Source: Octopus vulgaris
Taxonomy: Eukaryota
Assembly (NCBI GenBank): GCA_951406725.2
Contig: OX597823.1
Coordinates: forward strand, 16,678,001 to 16,742,000
Direction: 5' to 3'
DNA: 64,000 nucleotides
Shown: piece by piece, positions 1 through 14,500 of the stretch
Position numbering within the stretch: position 1 is the first letter of the stretch
How the letters are laid out: each line of letters starts with the position of its first letter
Made by a program: the position numbers and the translations under genes
Notes under the pieces: model-generated
What the model was told of the DNA's origin: nothing
The model's database searches: none
Seen by the model: only the letters and a program-made list of their open reading frames with translations

Positions 1-11
1 ATCACCCCAGT

Positions 12-325
12 GGAGGCGCAATGGCCCAGTGGTTAGGGCAGCGGACTCGCGGTCGGAGGATCGCAGTTTTGATTCCCAGACCAGGCGTTGTGTGTGTTTA
101 TTGAGCAAAAACACCTAAAGCTCCCCTAGGCTCCGGCAGGGGGTGGTGGCGATCCCTGTTGTACTTTTTCGCCCCAACTTTCTCTCACTCTTTCTTCCTG
201 TTTCTTGAGTAATGCTGCAATGGACTGGCGTCCCGTCCAGCTGGGGGGAAACACATATCCCATAGAAACCTGGAAACTGGGCCCATGAGCCTGGCTAGGC
301 TTGAAAAGGGCGCATAATAATAATA
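12..325 (+). mobile_element. tRNA-derived SINE (Arg-like head, (TAA)n tail)
   Basis: A/B-box head; TSD ATCACCCCAGT at 1-11 and 326-336. Related copies at about 37870-38124 (-), 58736-58980 (+) and 59070-59320 (+). Confidence 0.8.
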
Positions 326-668
326 ATCACCCCAGTACTTATGTGAATCTGATACATACTTCATTGCTTGATTTACTAAATAATTAAGAAACCTATTTAT
401 GTAAATAGACACAGCTCAAAAATATTATTTTACACCTGTTTACACAGGTAGACATTCACAAATACACACACATACACACAAAATATATTTCAACACAGTT
501 TTTAGTTACCAAATTCCATGTACAAAGCATTGGTCATCTTAAGACTATAGTTAAAGGCTTTTTCCCCGAAAGGTCATATAAATTTTGTGATTGTAAAGCT
601 AACTTCTTAACTACACAGTTTCTATGCCTGCACTTATATAATTAATCTCAGAAAATATTAACTTTCAC

Positions 669-733
669 GTCTATGGTCTTCCTCCATCTTCTTTTCCACT
701 TGAGCTTTCTCTTCGGCAAGCATCCTCAAACTC
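669..733 (-). CDS. CCDC14: CCDC14-like coiled-coil exon ([21 protein letters not shown])
   Basis: ttgcag acceptor, phase 2 in; donor uncertain (669 or 663). Confidence 0.75.
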
Positions 734-2480
734 CTGCAATCACAAACAAAATAATAAATTATAACCAGTAATAACAAGGCAAAGTGAACAAAACCTTATA
801 TCAGGTATAGCTATGAATGTAAATGTGTAGTAAATAAGATACTGGTGATGACTGTTGTTAATCACTCCCGAAGATAAATCTAGCAGATATATGATTAAAG
901 GCACCCCAGCCATGAGCATGCCTTGCTTTTTAGTATAGTGTAGTCTTTAGTTTATGAAATGGAGGATATGATATGCATGAGATTTAGCTGCTATTTCCAG
1001 CATCTCGGTCAACCATAGAGAATTTCTCTCTGGATATTAACACCTCAATATTGAATAGGTTTTGGTTTTATTTTGACAAAATATTTTAAGAAAATTGAAA
1101 ATGATGTTCACATGTTTCTTCAAATCTGACCTCACATTTTTATAGCACTGCCAAAGTGTTATAAAGAGGAGTTTTCCTCTTCACAAAGGCCAGAAAAACT
1201 TTTCTTCTAAGCTGTTGCTAGTATGACATTTACATTGGAATATAACTCCAATATCTAAGATAGTGTTTGCATACACACACATCCTAGATCACTTCCAAAA
1301 GAAGACCATTTGGTTGATTAGCATAGACCTACTCATTCATCAACACACAAGGAAGTCTCTACAAAGTCACGTTTAATGTCTGCTTTCCATGCTAGCATGG
1401 GTTGGACAATTTGACTGAGGACTGGCGAACCAGATGGCTGCACCAGGCTCCAATCTGATCTGGCAGAGTTTCTACAGCTGGATGCCCTTCCTAACGCCAA
1501 CCACTCCGAGAGTGTAGTGGGTGCTTCTACGTGCCACTGGCATGAGGGCCAGTTAGGTGGCACTAGCAATAGCCATGCTCAGATGGTGTTTTTTTATGTG
1601 CCACCTGCTCAGGAGCCAGTCCAGCGGCACTGGCAATGACCTCGTTCGAATGTTTTATCACGTGCCACCAGCACAAGTGCCAGTAAGGCGACACTGGTAA
1701 CGATCACATTCGAATGGTGCTTTTTATGTGCCACCGGCACAGAAGCCAGTTCAAATCTCCCTCAAATCACACCACCTTAAAAAGGAAAGGACACATTAAA
1801 TAAGGTAATCCTACATAACCCTTGAAAAAGCAAGAAAGTCATAACTGATGTGTCACTGATCACGTCAGTCAGCACAATCAGGGATTACAGAGATGCTAAT
1901 CAACAACGCTGACTTCTATTTTCACTGCAACAGCTACTGCTCCCTTAAACTAACATGATACATGCTGCTCTCCAACTCAACCTTCCTGTTGCACCAGCTC
2001 CCTTCCTTTTTAATGTATTCACCACTACCACCACCACTACACTACATTCACCAAACAAGAGAGAGAAGAGACAGAGACAGAAAGAGAGAGAGAGAGAAGA
2101 GACAGGAAACATGGTTTCAAATACATTTGTCAAAATTAAGGATGTATCTTTTTACCGTTTACAGGTAAAGAACAATAAAAAAAAAAAAATGAGGTGAACT
2201 AAATTTGAATTAGAATTAAAACCAAGCTGTTCACTGTAGAAATCAGGATGTTTGACAGGGAAAGCAAAAATCTATTCATGCAATTCTGTAAATGAGTTGT
2301 ACCTTTTAGCCGTAGGAGTGGCTGTGTGGTAAGTAGCTTGCTTACTAACCACATGGTTCCAGGTTCAGTCCCACTGCATGGCACCTTGGGCAAGTGTCTT
2401 CTACTATAGCCTCAGGACGACCAAAGCCTTTTGAGTGGATTTAGTAGAAGGAAACTAAAAGAAGCCCATCGTGTGTGTGT

Positions 2481-2538
<58 letters not shown>

Positions 2539-5500
2539 ATATGTTTGTGCATCAGCGTTTGTCCCCCCAACATCGCTTGACAACCGATGCTGGTGTGTTT
2601 ACGTCCCCCATAACTTAGCGGTTCGGCTTAATAGACCGATAGAATAAGTACTGGGCTTACAAAAGAATAAGTCCTGAGGTCGATTTGCTTGACTAAAAGG
2701 CGGTGCTCCAGCATGGCCACAGTCAAATGACTGAAACAAGTAAAAGAGTAAGCATGTATTTACATTTTAATAAGCCGTCATCTGCTATTTATGGTTGCTA
2801 TTTTGAGTCAGAGAAGTAAATGAATCTTAATGACTTGTTAAGTAACAATGAAACCAGTAACTCAATCCTCATCCAAGTCCCCTGTAAACACCCACATGGG
2901 ACCCAATTTCAAAGCAAGACAAATACATTTGAATATTACCAAGTCATTTATTTCTAAACATTGTAGCTGACCAAGTAGATAAGACATTGGTCCACTAATT
3001 AACAAGTGGACAGTTTGCATTTTATCAAAGGAGCAGTACTGAGAAATTTATCAAAGACTCTTAGAAAACTGATGGCTCAGATGCTATAGTTCTAAATAGA
3101 TGCCATGGTGATGTACAATTCACTCAGTAAGGACAGTTACTTTGTGATGGATGTTTAACCCTTTCGTTACCAGCCTGGCTGAAACCACCTCTACCTCTGT
3201 AGTACAAATGTTCTGTTTTCATAAGTTTTGAATTAAAATCTTCCACCAAACCTTAGTCACAATTTATGTTCCTAACACTAGCTGAATGATAACTAAGTTA
3301 TTTGACTAAATTCCTTGTTATATTTAAATTAATTGAAAGAAACACAGAACATCTCAAAATAAATATGGTAACAAAAAAGTTAATCTTAGCTCAATTCTGA
3401 ATCAGTAGACCAATGATCAAACGTTTCCAATATGACTATCATGGACTGGATAAATGTTATTTTGATACATTGTTTTACAGTTGGATGCCCTTCCTTACAC
3501 CAACCCTCATCTGTTTTTCAAGTAAGGGACAACTTACTCATCATGGCTTCAAAGCCATGAGGAGACCAGTTGACAGGACTGACAAAACCATCATTTGCTG
3601 GTCTTTTGTATAAGTAATCACAGGCATAAGCAAACACAAACACATTATATATCATTATCATTGTTTAACGACCACCTTCAAGAAGTGTGTATGAGTGGAT
3701 CAAAAAGTTTTAAAATGGTTGGACAAGTGTGAAGCATGAAGAGGGAGCAGGACATCCATCAACTTCCACCAATGACATATAGATTCAACAAGCTCAACCC
3801 AGAATCACCAGCATAAAAGTAATTCAAGACTCAACCTTGACAAAAAAAAAAAAAATGATGCTAACAGATTTGGGGGACACAAAAAGGCCTATACTGCAAC
3901 ATTACCTGAAAAATGTAGGCCACAGGGAAATTCTGGCCAACAAACTGAAACCAGCTACCTGTACCAAATACTGAGGTCTATTCTCAAAGTAAGTGTTATT
4001 GTTGTATGGAAATACATGCCTACATATAGCCAGCCACACCATTGAAACCACTGAAAAATGTTTTTTTGAGTCACTGGAACACCCTGCATACAATCCAGAC
4101 CTCGCCCCATCTGTCTATCATCTCTTCTGATGGCTTAAACGTCCTTTACAAGGTCATCAAATTTCTTCAGAAGAAGTGCAGGAAGCAGTGGATAAATGGC
4201 TGCACGACCAGCTGGAAACTTTCACTGACAGGAAAAGCAAGTTTGTGGACAACTGGAAGTGCATCAAAAACAAGGGGACTATGTCAAAAAATGATGATAG
4301 TGTTCAACCTCTGCTTTTGTTTTAATAAAATACACAAACAAGTATACATAGAGTTTTTGATTTGCCCATTTATTACACAAAAATGAAACTTTTTGGTGAT
4401 TTCACAACAGGAGTGGCTGTGTGGTAAGTAGCTTGCTTGCCAACCACATGATTCCGGGTTCAGTCCCACTGCGTGGCACCTTGGGCAAGTGTCTTCTACT
4501 ATAGCCTCGGGCCAACCAAAGGCTTGTGAGTGTGTTTGGTAGACGGAAACTGAAAGAAGCCCGTTGTATATATTTGTATATATATATATGTGTGTGCGTG
4601 TATGTTTGTGTGCATGTTTGTTCCCCTAGCATTGCTTGACAACCGATGCTGGTGTGTTTATGTCCCCGTCACTTAGCAGTTCGGCAAAAGAGACCGATAG
4701 AATAAGTACTGGGCTTACAAAGAATAAGTCCCGGGGTCGAGTTGCTCGACTAAAATAGGTGCTCCAGTATGGCCACAGTCAAATGGCTGAAACAAGTAAA
4801 AGAGAGAGAGAGAGAGCTTTTGTATATCATCATCGTTTAACGTCCGTTTTCCATGTTAGCATGAGCTGGACGGTTCAACCAGGGTCTGGAAAGCCAGGAG
4901 GCTGCCCAAGGCTCCAGTCTGATCTGGCAGTGTTTCTACAGTTGGATGCCCTTCCTAACGCCAACCACTCCATGAGTGTAGTGGGTGCTTTTTATGTGCC
5001 ACCAGCACAGGGGCCAGAGGAGGCTGTCAATGGCCACGATCGGTTGGTGCTTTTTATTTGCCACCGGCATAGAAGCCAGCTATGGTGGCACTGGCATCGG
5101 CCACATTCGGATGGTGCTTTTTACGTGCCACCGGCACGGGTATCACGACTACAATTTCCATTTGATTTTTATTTTGATGAACTTGACTCAATAGGTCTCC
5201 TCAAGCAGAAATTGTAAATTAAACTTACTTGTGCAATCGGTTATTTTCAGTTCGTAATGGCTGTAAAGCTAAACAAAATTCAGTCTGAAGGTCAAAGGTA
5301 TCTTGAAGCTGAGGCAATGTATTTACAAGGTCTTCTAACTGATTCACCATTCGAATAATTTCACGGTGATCTAAACATTTTAATAAAAAAAAAAAAAAAA
5401 ATTATAATTAAACATTAAATTAGAGTTCAAATCCCACCCAGTTCACCTTTGGTTTTCCTACTTCCAAAATCAATAATATAAGTACCAAACAAGTATTGAT

Positions 5501-8500
5501 TCAATTGACTTAAAATCCATCGTAGATACAGTCCAATAAGGAACCATTAAAATATCAAATATATAGAGATAAAATTTTGTCCATTTTCAAGAGAAGTTGC
5601 TATTAGTTACATTTGAAGTCTTCTTTGAACAGTCAGATGTCAGTTTACCTGGAAAGAAACAATGCAACTGTTAATGAATAAGAATTGAAATTAATGCATG
5701 CAAGATTTCACAGCTCTAGCATTACTCCTTCTTAGCCAATGAACTTTTCAGCTCACCCGTGTATGTGTGTGTGTGTGTCCACATGCAGTTTTCCTTAAGC
5801 TCAAAATCAACTTGTAAAAGAGTGGTAAAGTCAATTGAATAGACCCCAATATATTACTGGTTCTTAGTTTATCAATGCTCATAAGGAAAAAAAGTTTAAA
5901 TAATCATTAAACTGAAATAACTTGTGGGGTTTTTTCTTATGACACTCATCACTCATTGGCTTAAGACAGTGAGATTTAGCCCAGATCAGTCCTGATCCAA
6001 AACACCCAGAATCAAAAAGCATTCCAGCCATAGCCATCATGTTTTATATTCAATGTACCTAACACAACATTGTCCATTCTTTAAGATGGTTAGTGTGATT
6101 TGCCTATTATTTAAAGCAGGCTGGGTAACTACATAGTGGTTCCTTTGTTGGCTTGTTAAGTAACTTAGTGCTTTATGATAAATAAATACAAACAATTATT
6201 TCATAGTGAGCAATAGAGCGCTGTACTATGATTTACATATTTTAATTACATATCATTATGGAAAATCGTAGGGCAACCAGCTGTTCTTGAGGGGACTTAT
6301 TGAGTCAAGTACATCAACATCAAAATAAAAATCAAATGGAAATTGTAGTTGTGATGCCCGTGCCGGTGGCATGGAAAAAGTACCATCCGAATGTGGTTGA
6401 TGCCAGTGCTGCCTTGGCTGACTTCTGTGCCGGTGGCACGTAAAAAGCACCAACAGGTCGTGGCCGTTGCCAGCCACCCCTGGCACGTAAAAAGCACCCA
6501 CTACACTCATGGAGTGGTTGGCGTTAGGAAGGGCATCCAGCTGTAGAAACACTGCCAGATCAGACTGCAGCCTGGTGCAGCCTCTTGGCTTCCCAGACCC
6601 TGGTCAAACCGTCCAACCCATGCTAGCATGGAAAACAGACGTTAAACATGATGATGATGATATGCTCTAAGCTCAAATGCCACTAAGGATACACTGGACA
6701 ATGTAATCCTAGATATGTAATGAATGGGAGTAATTACTAATGAAATGCCTTTGATCATATAATATGCTCAATCAGAGCTGACCTGGGCTAAACAACGATT
6801 TTAGGAGTAAAATTTCACAGAAGTAAAAACAAATACATACTTACTTGTAGATTTACAGGTTTCTTTTAATTCATTGATTATAAACTTAAGAGTTTTGGCT
6901 CCAGCTAAGGCTTCTACACTTTGCCACTGGAGATGAATATCATAGCCATTACTTGAACACCCATAAGTATAAGGATTTTCTTTACAGTTTATTCCTGGCA
7001 TAGGCTGATGGTTCTTTGTGGTGTTACCTAAAGTATATTCTGGTGGACTTGCATTATCATTAAAACCATTCCTATCATTTCCCTGAGATCCTTTCAAAGA
7101 TTTTTCAGCAGGATTTGAATTACCGGAAATTAAGTTATTAGAACAAGAAGGAACAGTTTTGGGTTGATTAAGTTGTGCAGAATAGCCAGGTACATTGTTG
7201 TCACGAACAGGCTCTTCAAAAGATACTTGTACATTTGTCATACTTCCCTGAGATGAGTTTATAGGAGTGAAAAAATGGCTAGAAACTGGTGATGTGATTT
7301 GATGATTCGACGTTGAAACAGGAACTGATGATTGTCGTTTGGTTTTTATTGTGTCTGTAAAAAATTGTTCTTTTGACTGGCTTGTTTGAACAGTTTTATC
7401 TAAAAATATGGGACGTTCTGAAATCAGCTGAAAGGGATCTTGAATTGGAACTTGGTGTTGTGTTTCAGCAGTATTTGTAGATTTGGCAGGATAATCTGGA
7501 AGTTTATAGTTGAGCAAATTAGGTGGGTAATAAGTTGGTTGTTCTTTAGGACATGAAGGAACTTGCCTTGAATCCAAATTTGGTGCATCTGATTCTGTTG
7601 AAATTAATGGGACAACTAAAGGAATACTTTCTAAAACAGGTTTCTGAGCATTTGAAGATGTAATGCATTGATTTACAGAATTTGAAACCTTTGTGGCATT
7701 TGAAGAAGTGTTTGCAGTGACCTTCCACTCATGTTTAGATGATGGTACAACAGGGTCAAATGCGGATTGGTTGTTTACAGTATCCAGCTTGGGTGACATT
7801 TTATTAACTTGGTGAACAGAGAAACTGTAAGCATTTCCATAAGATGGACTGGAAGAGGAAACTCTAATTGCCAAAGATGTTTGGGGATTTTCTACTACTT
7901 CAGAATGTGTTCTTTTCTTCTGTTGAATTGCATTATTTGTGATGTTTGTAGGGGATTTTTGTTTTCTAAGGATCTGGTCAGTTTTGCATTGCTTGGCAGT
8001 TACAGACATCACACGTGCTTTATTAGTTTGCGTCAGTTTCTTTGATTTCTGTCTCACAGGTAGCAATGGCTTGCTTTGAGTATTAGAAGCAAGTCCATCA
8101 TTAATTGCATCACAGTCAGTCCAGTTGGCGGTTGTTAAGCATTTTTCAGGATCAGGTGTTGAGGTAGACAACATTCTATTGAACGGCACACTAGTTTTAA
8201 TTGGATGGCCTACATAACGAAGTGGTTCAGCTGTGAAACAATAAAAAGACAAGATCAATAGATTTAATTAAAGAAAAGTCAAATTAGGAACATCATGAAA
8301 ATTGCATACATTTTGTCATATTGAAATAGATAAATGGATTTAGAATAGAACATTTAACCACACAACGATTGACTTAAATATTTCTTTCCATACAATCTTT
8401 GAATTAATTCTACCTGATTAACATCATTTCTAAATGTCTGTCTGGATCTAAACAAGACAAGTCACTGCTGTAAGCAATGACAGTACTGCAAAGTGAAGAG

Positions 8501-11500
8501 TATTGCAATGTTTTTCATTGTTGGATTCAATTTCACCCAAGAGCAAAGACACCTGCACTAATATATTTATGCTCCAACTATGGGGGTGTGCTTCTCATAT
8601 CCTTAACATCATGGAAGCTGAATATAAGCAACAGCCCACAGAGATTCATAGAGAAAACCAGCCTTATACATCAAATTTCAAATTCTGTGAAAAATCAGAT
8701 TATTCTTTTTTTCATTTGTTGTTAACAATAAAATAATCAAAAGTTAGGAAAAAGAAACCGAAATAATAATCAAATGAATAAGAACAAGATATATGTCCAA
8801 TCTAATTCATCATCATCATTATCATTATTTAATATCTATTTTCCATGCTGGCATAGATTGGATGGTTTGACTGGATCTGGCAAGATTGAGAGCTGCACTG
8901 GTTCTATTGTCTGCATTGGCATGGTTTCTATGGCTGGATGCCCTTCCTAATGCAACATCAACAAAAGCAGCCTAACTTATGATTTATCACGACACGTTCA
9001 CAAACTTGTAGACGATTAGATATGGCTGACTGAATCAAACTACTTCATCACCAATAGTTATTTAACTTGCTCTAGGATGATGAAAGGCAAAAATCAAACC
9101 TGGCAAAAACTGAACTCAGAATGTAGAAAACTGAAACTAAGTGTTTTTAGTCCAGTGAAGAAAGAAAAGTCAAAATGCATGGAAATTAGTGATGTTGGTT
9201 TTCTGTGAGGAGGGTGAGCTCTGATATTTCAGGTAGAACACTTCTTTGAAGAAAAAAGGTGAATTGGAAAGTCCTGAACTTCATTCATTCTTCTAGCATG
9301 CTTTTCATTTCTTTAAAAGAGAGAACCCACCCTGAAATATCAGAACTCACCTCCCTTCATAACATATGAACTTTTGATTCTACTGTAAGAATTAGCACTT
9401 CCTTCTCAAAGCTTGGATTCGAAATCAGACCCAAGAATCATTGGTCGTAAAATACCAATGCACAAAAAGGCGCGAAATCAGAATCTCTTTGTTCTGACAA
9501 AAAATGATGGATCGTCTCCCTTCGACCTCTGACCCGAGCAGGTCAGGCGAAGTTTAACAGGACGACCAGCGACCTACTGTACGCAATAACACTCTTGCGG
9601 TATATCTATTTTTCTGGCTATTTGAGATGTTATAAATAGAACGGAGAAATAGGTATCCAGGGAGAACCCGAACCAACGTTTAAGAGAACGTCACGCATTT
9701 ATGAGGACGACGAAAGAATATTCAGAAAGGTGACTCTGTACTGCATGATTTACACACACGCACACACACACACCATCAAACATATTCTGCTTTAATGTGT
9801 ATCCTGTATTATGCATTCCTTTAATATGTATTATTTGCAACCACTATTTAATATGCATTTTGTACAAGCGATGTGTAACATTGCTTACAAATTGATGTAG
9901 TGATAATAAATCTTTAATTTATTACAAAGCACTTATGTATTTATTAATACATCCACGCATCCACTACATTTGGTGACCCCGTAAAACGAATCGCGCCTTC
10001 CCCGGAACCAGCTTCATCAACCGCGTCGAAGAATTACAGTTTGCACATCACCAGCAACGAAGCAACTGAAAATTCCGACAAAAACAATGAATCTCCCGGA
10101 ACAAAACCCAGCGGCCAACATCGACATGGCATTCCAAGCAGCGATCTCGTTAAAAATTCCACCATTCTGGACCCACGACCCGACATTGTGGTTTCACCAT
10201 ATAGAGGCACAGTTTGCCTCTCACAGAATATCGAGCGATGCGGCTCGACTTTCTCACGTTATCAGTTCTCTGTCACCAGAAATAACGAACGTGATACGCG
10301 ACCTTATCATGGCACCACCCGGTTCTGTTTCATATGAAGTTTTTAAAACCACGTTAATAAACAGAACCTCAGAATCCCAACAAAAAAGACTTCACCAGCT
10401 TCTGATATCGGAAGAATTGGGTGACAAAACGCCGTCCCAGCTTCTTCGGAGAATGAAACAGCTTCTCGGAGATGAGACGCTACCAGAAAAAATCTTCAAG
10501 CAACTTTTTCTCCAGCGTCTGCCCTCCAATACCCAGGTTGTTCTCGCGTCCACCAGAGAAAACACATCCCTTGAAGAACTGGCGGAGCTAGCTGACAAAA
10601 TAGCCGAAGTACCGCACAGATATCCAACGGTATCGACGGTGACGCCAGCCGCTCCCAGTACCAATCCTTTCCGTGCACAAACCAGTTCTTCAGAGATTTC
10701 GGATTTGCGTGCATTAATGACGCAGCAAGCTGCGCAAATACAAATTCTCACAGCCCAAATACAAGCCCTAAAGTTTAGTCCCCAGCGTCGAAGCACCAGC
10801 CGATCTCGACGAGATGGCAGACGGTCCCGAAGCCCTAGTGCTACCCGCGGCTCGCATGACACGTGTTGGTACCACCGAACATTCGGAACACGGGCACAAA
10901 AATGTACGGTACCGTGCTCGTTTTCCTCACCCAGTTCGGGAAACGGCACAGCCAGGAATTGAACGCGACGGAAGTTCCTGGTTCGCACCCACACAGTCGC
11001 CTGTTTTTCGTTTGCGATCGTGTAACAGGCACGCGTTTCCTGGTTGACACAGGTGCGGAAGTCAGCATCATCCCAGTCTCCAACACTTCTGGAAAAAGAA
11101 AAGAGACATCAGTCTGTCTTCAGGCAGTCAACCATTCACCCATTCCAACCTACGGTGAACAGTCCCTAACATTAAACATAGGACTACGCCGCACATTTCA
11201 GTGGGTATTCGTCGTCGCTAAACTGCCGACCCCTATCTTAGGAGCCGATTTCCTGCATCATTTCGGTCTCCTGGTAGACATAAAGAACAGACGACTTGTC
11301 GACACCACCACCAAGCTTACTGTGCGCGGTATAGCCGCTCGAATGGACACAGTCAGCCCAACTGTAATGCTTACGACAACGACTCGTCACAGTTCCATCC
11401 TGAATGATTATCCAGATGTCGCCCGGCCAGTTTTTCATAACCAGCCGATAAAGCACGACGTTACCCACCACATCAAAACCAGCGGTCCACCTGTTGCTGC

Positions 11501-14500
11501 AAGGCCCAGAAAGTTACCACCTGATCGTCTCCAGGCCGTCAAGCGGGAATTCCAGCACATGCTCGACCTCGGAATCATCCGCGTTTCCAGCAGCAACTGG
11601 TCCTCGCCGATACACTGCGTCCCAAAAAAATCATCGACCGATTGGCGGGTTTGCGGCGATTATCGATCACTGAATAAAAGCACTATCAGTGATGCCTATC
11701 CGGTGCCTTTTCTTCAGGACTTTTCGAGCTCGCTGCATGGAGCTCGCATCTTTTCAAAAATCGACCTGGTGCGAGCATACAACCAAATCCCAGTCGAACC
11801 TGCAGACATCTCAAAGACAGCAGTGACTACACCTTTCGGAATGTTTGAATTCCTGCGTATGCCTTTCGGTTTACGAAACGCGGCACAGACATTCCAAAGG
11901 TTTATCGACATGGTGACTAGAGGTTTGCCTTTCGTCTATGCCTACATAGACGACATACTCGTGGCCAGTAACTCGGACGAAGAGCATAATCAACACCTTC
12001 ACCTGCTATTCGAACGTTTACGTAAATTCGGAATTGTTATCAACCCTACTAAATGTTTGTTCGGAGTTGCTTCCCTTCATTTTCTCGGCCATATAGTCGA
12101 TAAAAATGGAATTCGTCCCCTTCCCGAGAAAGTCAAGGCCATCGTGGATTTTCCACCACCCACATCTCTCCGCAAATTAAGGGAATATCTCGGTCTAGCG
12201 AATTTCTATCGACGGTTCGTGCCCCACCTCGCTGAAATAGCGCAACCGCTCACGGATTTGCTACGTCAGCGAACCTGCAAAAACGCAGATATAGCTCTGA
12301 CCGAAGATCAACTCGTTTCTTTCGCTGCCCTGAAAAAAGCGTTATCTAGCGCTACCATGTTGGTTTATCCAAAACCAGACGCCCCACGATGTTTACTCGT
12401 TGATGCATCCGATTCCGGAATCGGAGGTGTGCTACAACAGCTTGTTGACGGTATATGGCAACCGTTGTCTTTCTTTTCTAAGCGGTTAAAACCCGCGGAA
12501 ACCAAATACAGCACATTCAGTCGGGAATTATTGGCGGCATACCTGGCCGTTAAGCATTTCCGTCATATGCTAGAAGGTACCAATTTTGCCATATATACCG
12601 ACCACAAGCCATTAGTATACGCATTTAACACCAAACCGGATCGCCATTCGCCGAGAGAAATTCGTCACCTCGACTTCATATCGCAGTACACGACGGATAT
12701 ACGCCACATCAAAGGGACGACCAACGTGGCAGCCGATGCACTTTCACGTGCGCAGATCAATGCTATCCACACCACGTCTACAATTGATCTGGCACGTATA
12801 GCAGCTGACCAGGAGAATGACGAAGAACTTCTAAAGCTCCGGAATTCGTCATCTCTGAAATTTCAGCATGTTCCACTACCATCATCCACAGCCCATATTT
12901 GGTGTGATATTTCCACTGGTTACCAACGCCCTTATGTACCACAGAAATATCGTCGAGAAGTTTTCTCCGCTCTACATTCTCTGTCACATCCTGGTATTCG
13001 CTCCACTCAAAAGCTAATATCGACCCGTTTGTGTGGACCAGTATCAACAAGGATATCAGAGAATGGACCAAGTGCTGTGTTGCGTGCCAAAAAGCGAAAA
13101 TCCACCGGCACATAAAATCACCAATCGGTTCATTTTCGCAGCCCGATGCACGATTTCAGCACGTTCACATTGATATCGTTGGACCCCTGCCACCTTCGCA
13201 GAACTATTCATATTTGCTAACTTGCGTAGATAGGTTCTCGCGATGGCCCGAAGCCTGGCCCTTATCTGATATATCAGCAGAAACGGTCGCTAAAACGCTG
13301 ATATCACAATGGGTTTCGCGTTTTGGCACACCTGCAACAATTACCACCGACAGAGGACGTCAGTTCGATTCCCACCTTTTCACCGAGCTGACTCGTCTCC
13401 TCGGGTGTAAACACACCCGCACTACAGCTTACCACCCTGCAGCAAATGGCATGGTGGAACGCTTTCACCGCCAACTCAAGGCATCTATAAAAGCAGCTCC
13501 AGACAGTTCTCACTGGTTGGAACATCTCCCTCTCATCCTCCTTGGAATTCGATCCACGATTAAGGAAGAACTGGGATATACTCCGGCCGAACTCGTTTAT
13601 GGCACAACACTCACCTTACCTGGGCAGATGATCGAACCTGTTTCACAAAACTTCCCTGACCCACAACAATATGTGCACCGATTACGAACATCCATGTCGC
13701 AAGTATCACCCTCAGGCCCTAGACAACAGAACGTCGTTTCACGTGTCCCAAAAGATATCAACACATGGACTCATGTCTTCGTGAGGAATGATGGGATACC
13801 CTCTCAACTTCGACCACCATATTCCGGGCCCTACAAGGTCATCAAAAGAGAACCCAAGTATTTCGTCCTCGATATTGGAGGTAAACGAAATACGGTCTCG
13901 ATTGATCGTTTAAAAAAGCTTTCATCGAGGAGGACTTACATTCAGTCCCCTCTTTTCCTCAAACAGACTCGGCAACTCCAGCGAACACCACAGATTCTGC
14001 ACAACCCCGACACACCAAATCAGGAAGAACAGTTCGATGGCCAGCAAGGTTTGTGCAAGTTTTTCGGGTAAGTTCTGAACTCCTAACGTATCCATCTTCC
14101 TAATGAACACATAACTGCATCACCCACCCAGAGAAATCAAAGAACATTTGTGTACGTAAAGAAAAAAAAAAAATGAAAACAAAAACTGTCTGTATGAACT
14201 TTTACGGAACATTTCAAAATCGAACTTTGCCGATGAACATTTCTTTCATTTTTGCATGTACATATTTTTTGGTTTTCTCTTCAAAATGTTTGCTTTCTCA
14301 TAAATATATTTTTTTTGCTAACTGTATATCCACACACATTCACAAATCTTGTTCACATGCGTGCTATCACTCGATATTTTTTCGCCACTGAAAGACACCT
14401 TGCCTCTATTAGACCTAGTAGGTCGAGTAATCAATAGACGCACATCTCTTTCAACGCGCCAACATAATTCTGCCTGGGCACATATACATATTGCCCACCA

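Noticed and set aside
12-85. tRNA-Arg-like sequence (also near 58736 and 59072)
   Set aside because: Imperfect cloverleaf that continues into a SINE body with tail and TSD; SINE head, not a tRNA gene.
5611-5648. Candidate 38-nt CCDC14 exon
   Set aside because: It would shift the frame, and the flanking exons already join in phase with continuous homology.
10392-10994. 200-aa antisense ORF over gag
   Set aside because: Starts at a non-ATG codon and is explained as a shadow of the GC-richer gag frame.
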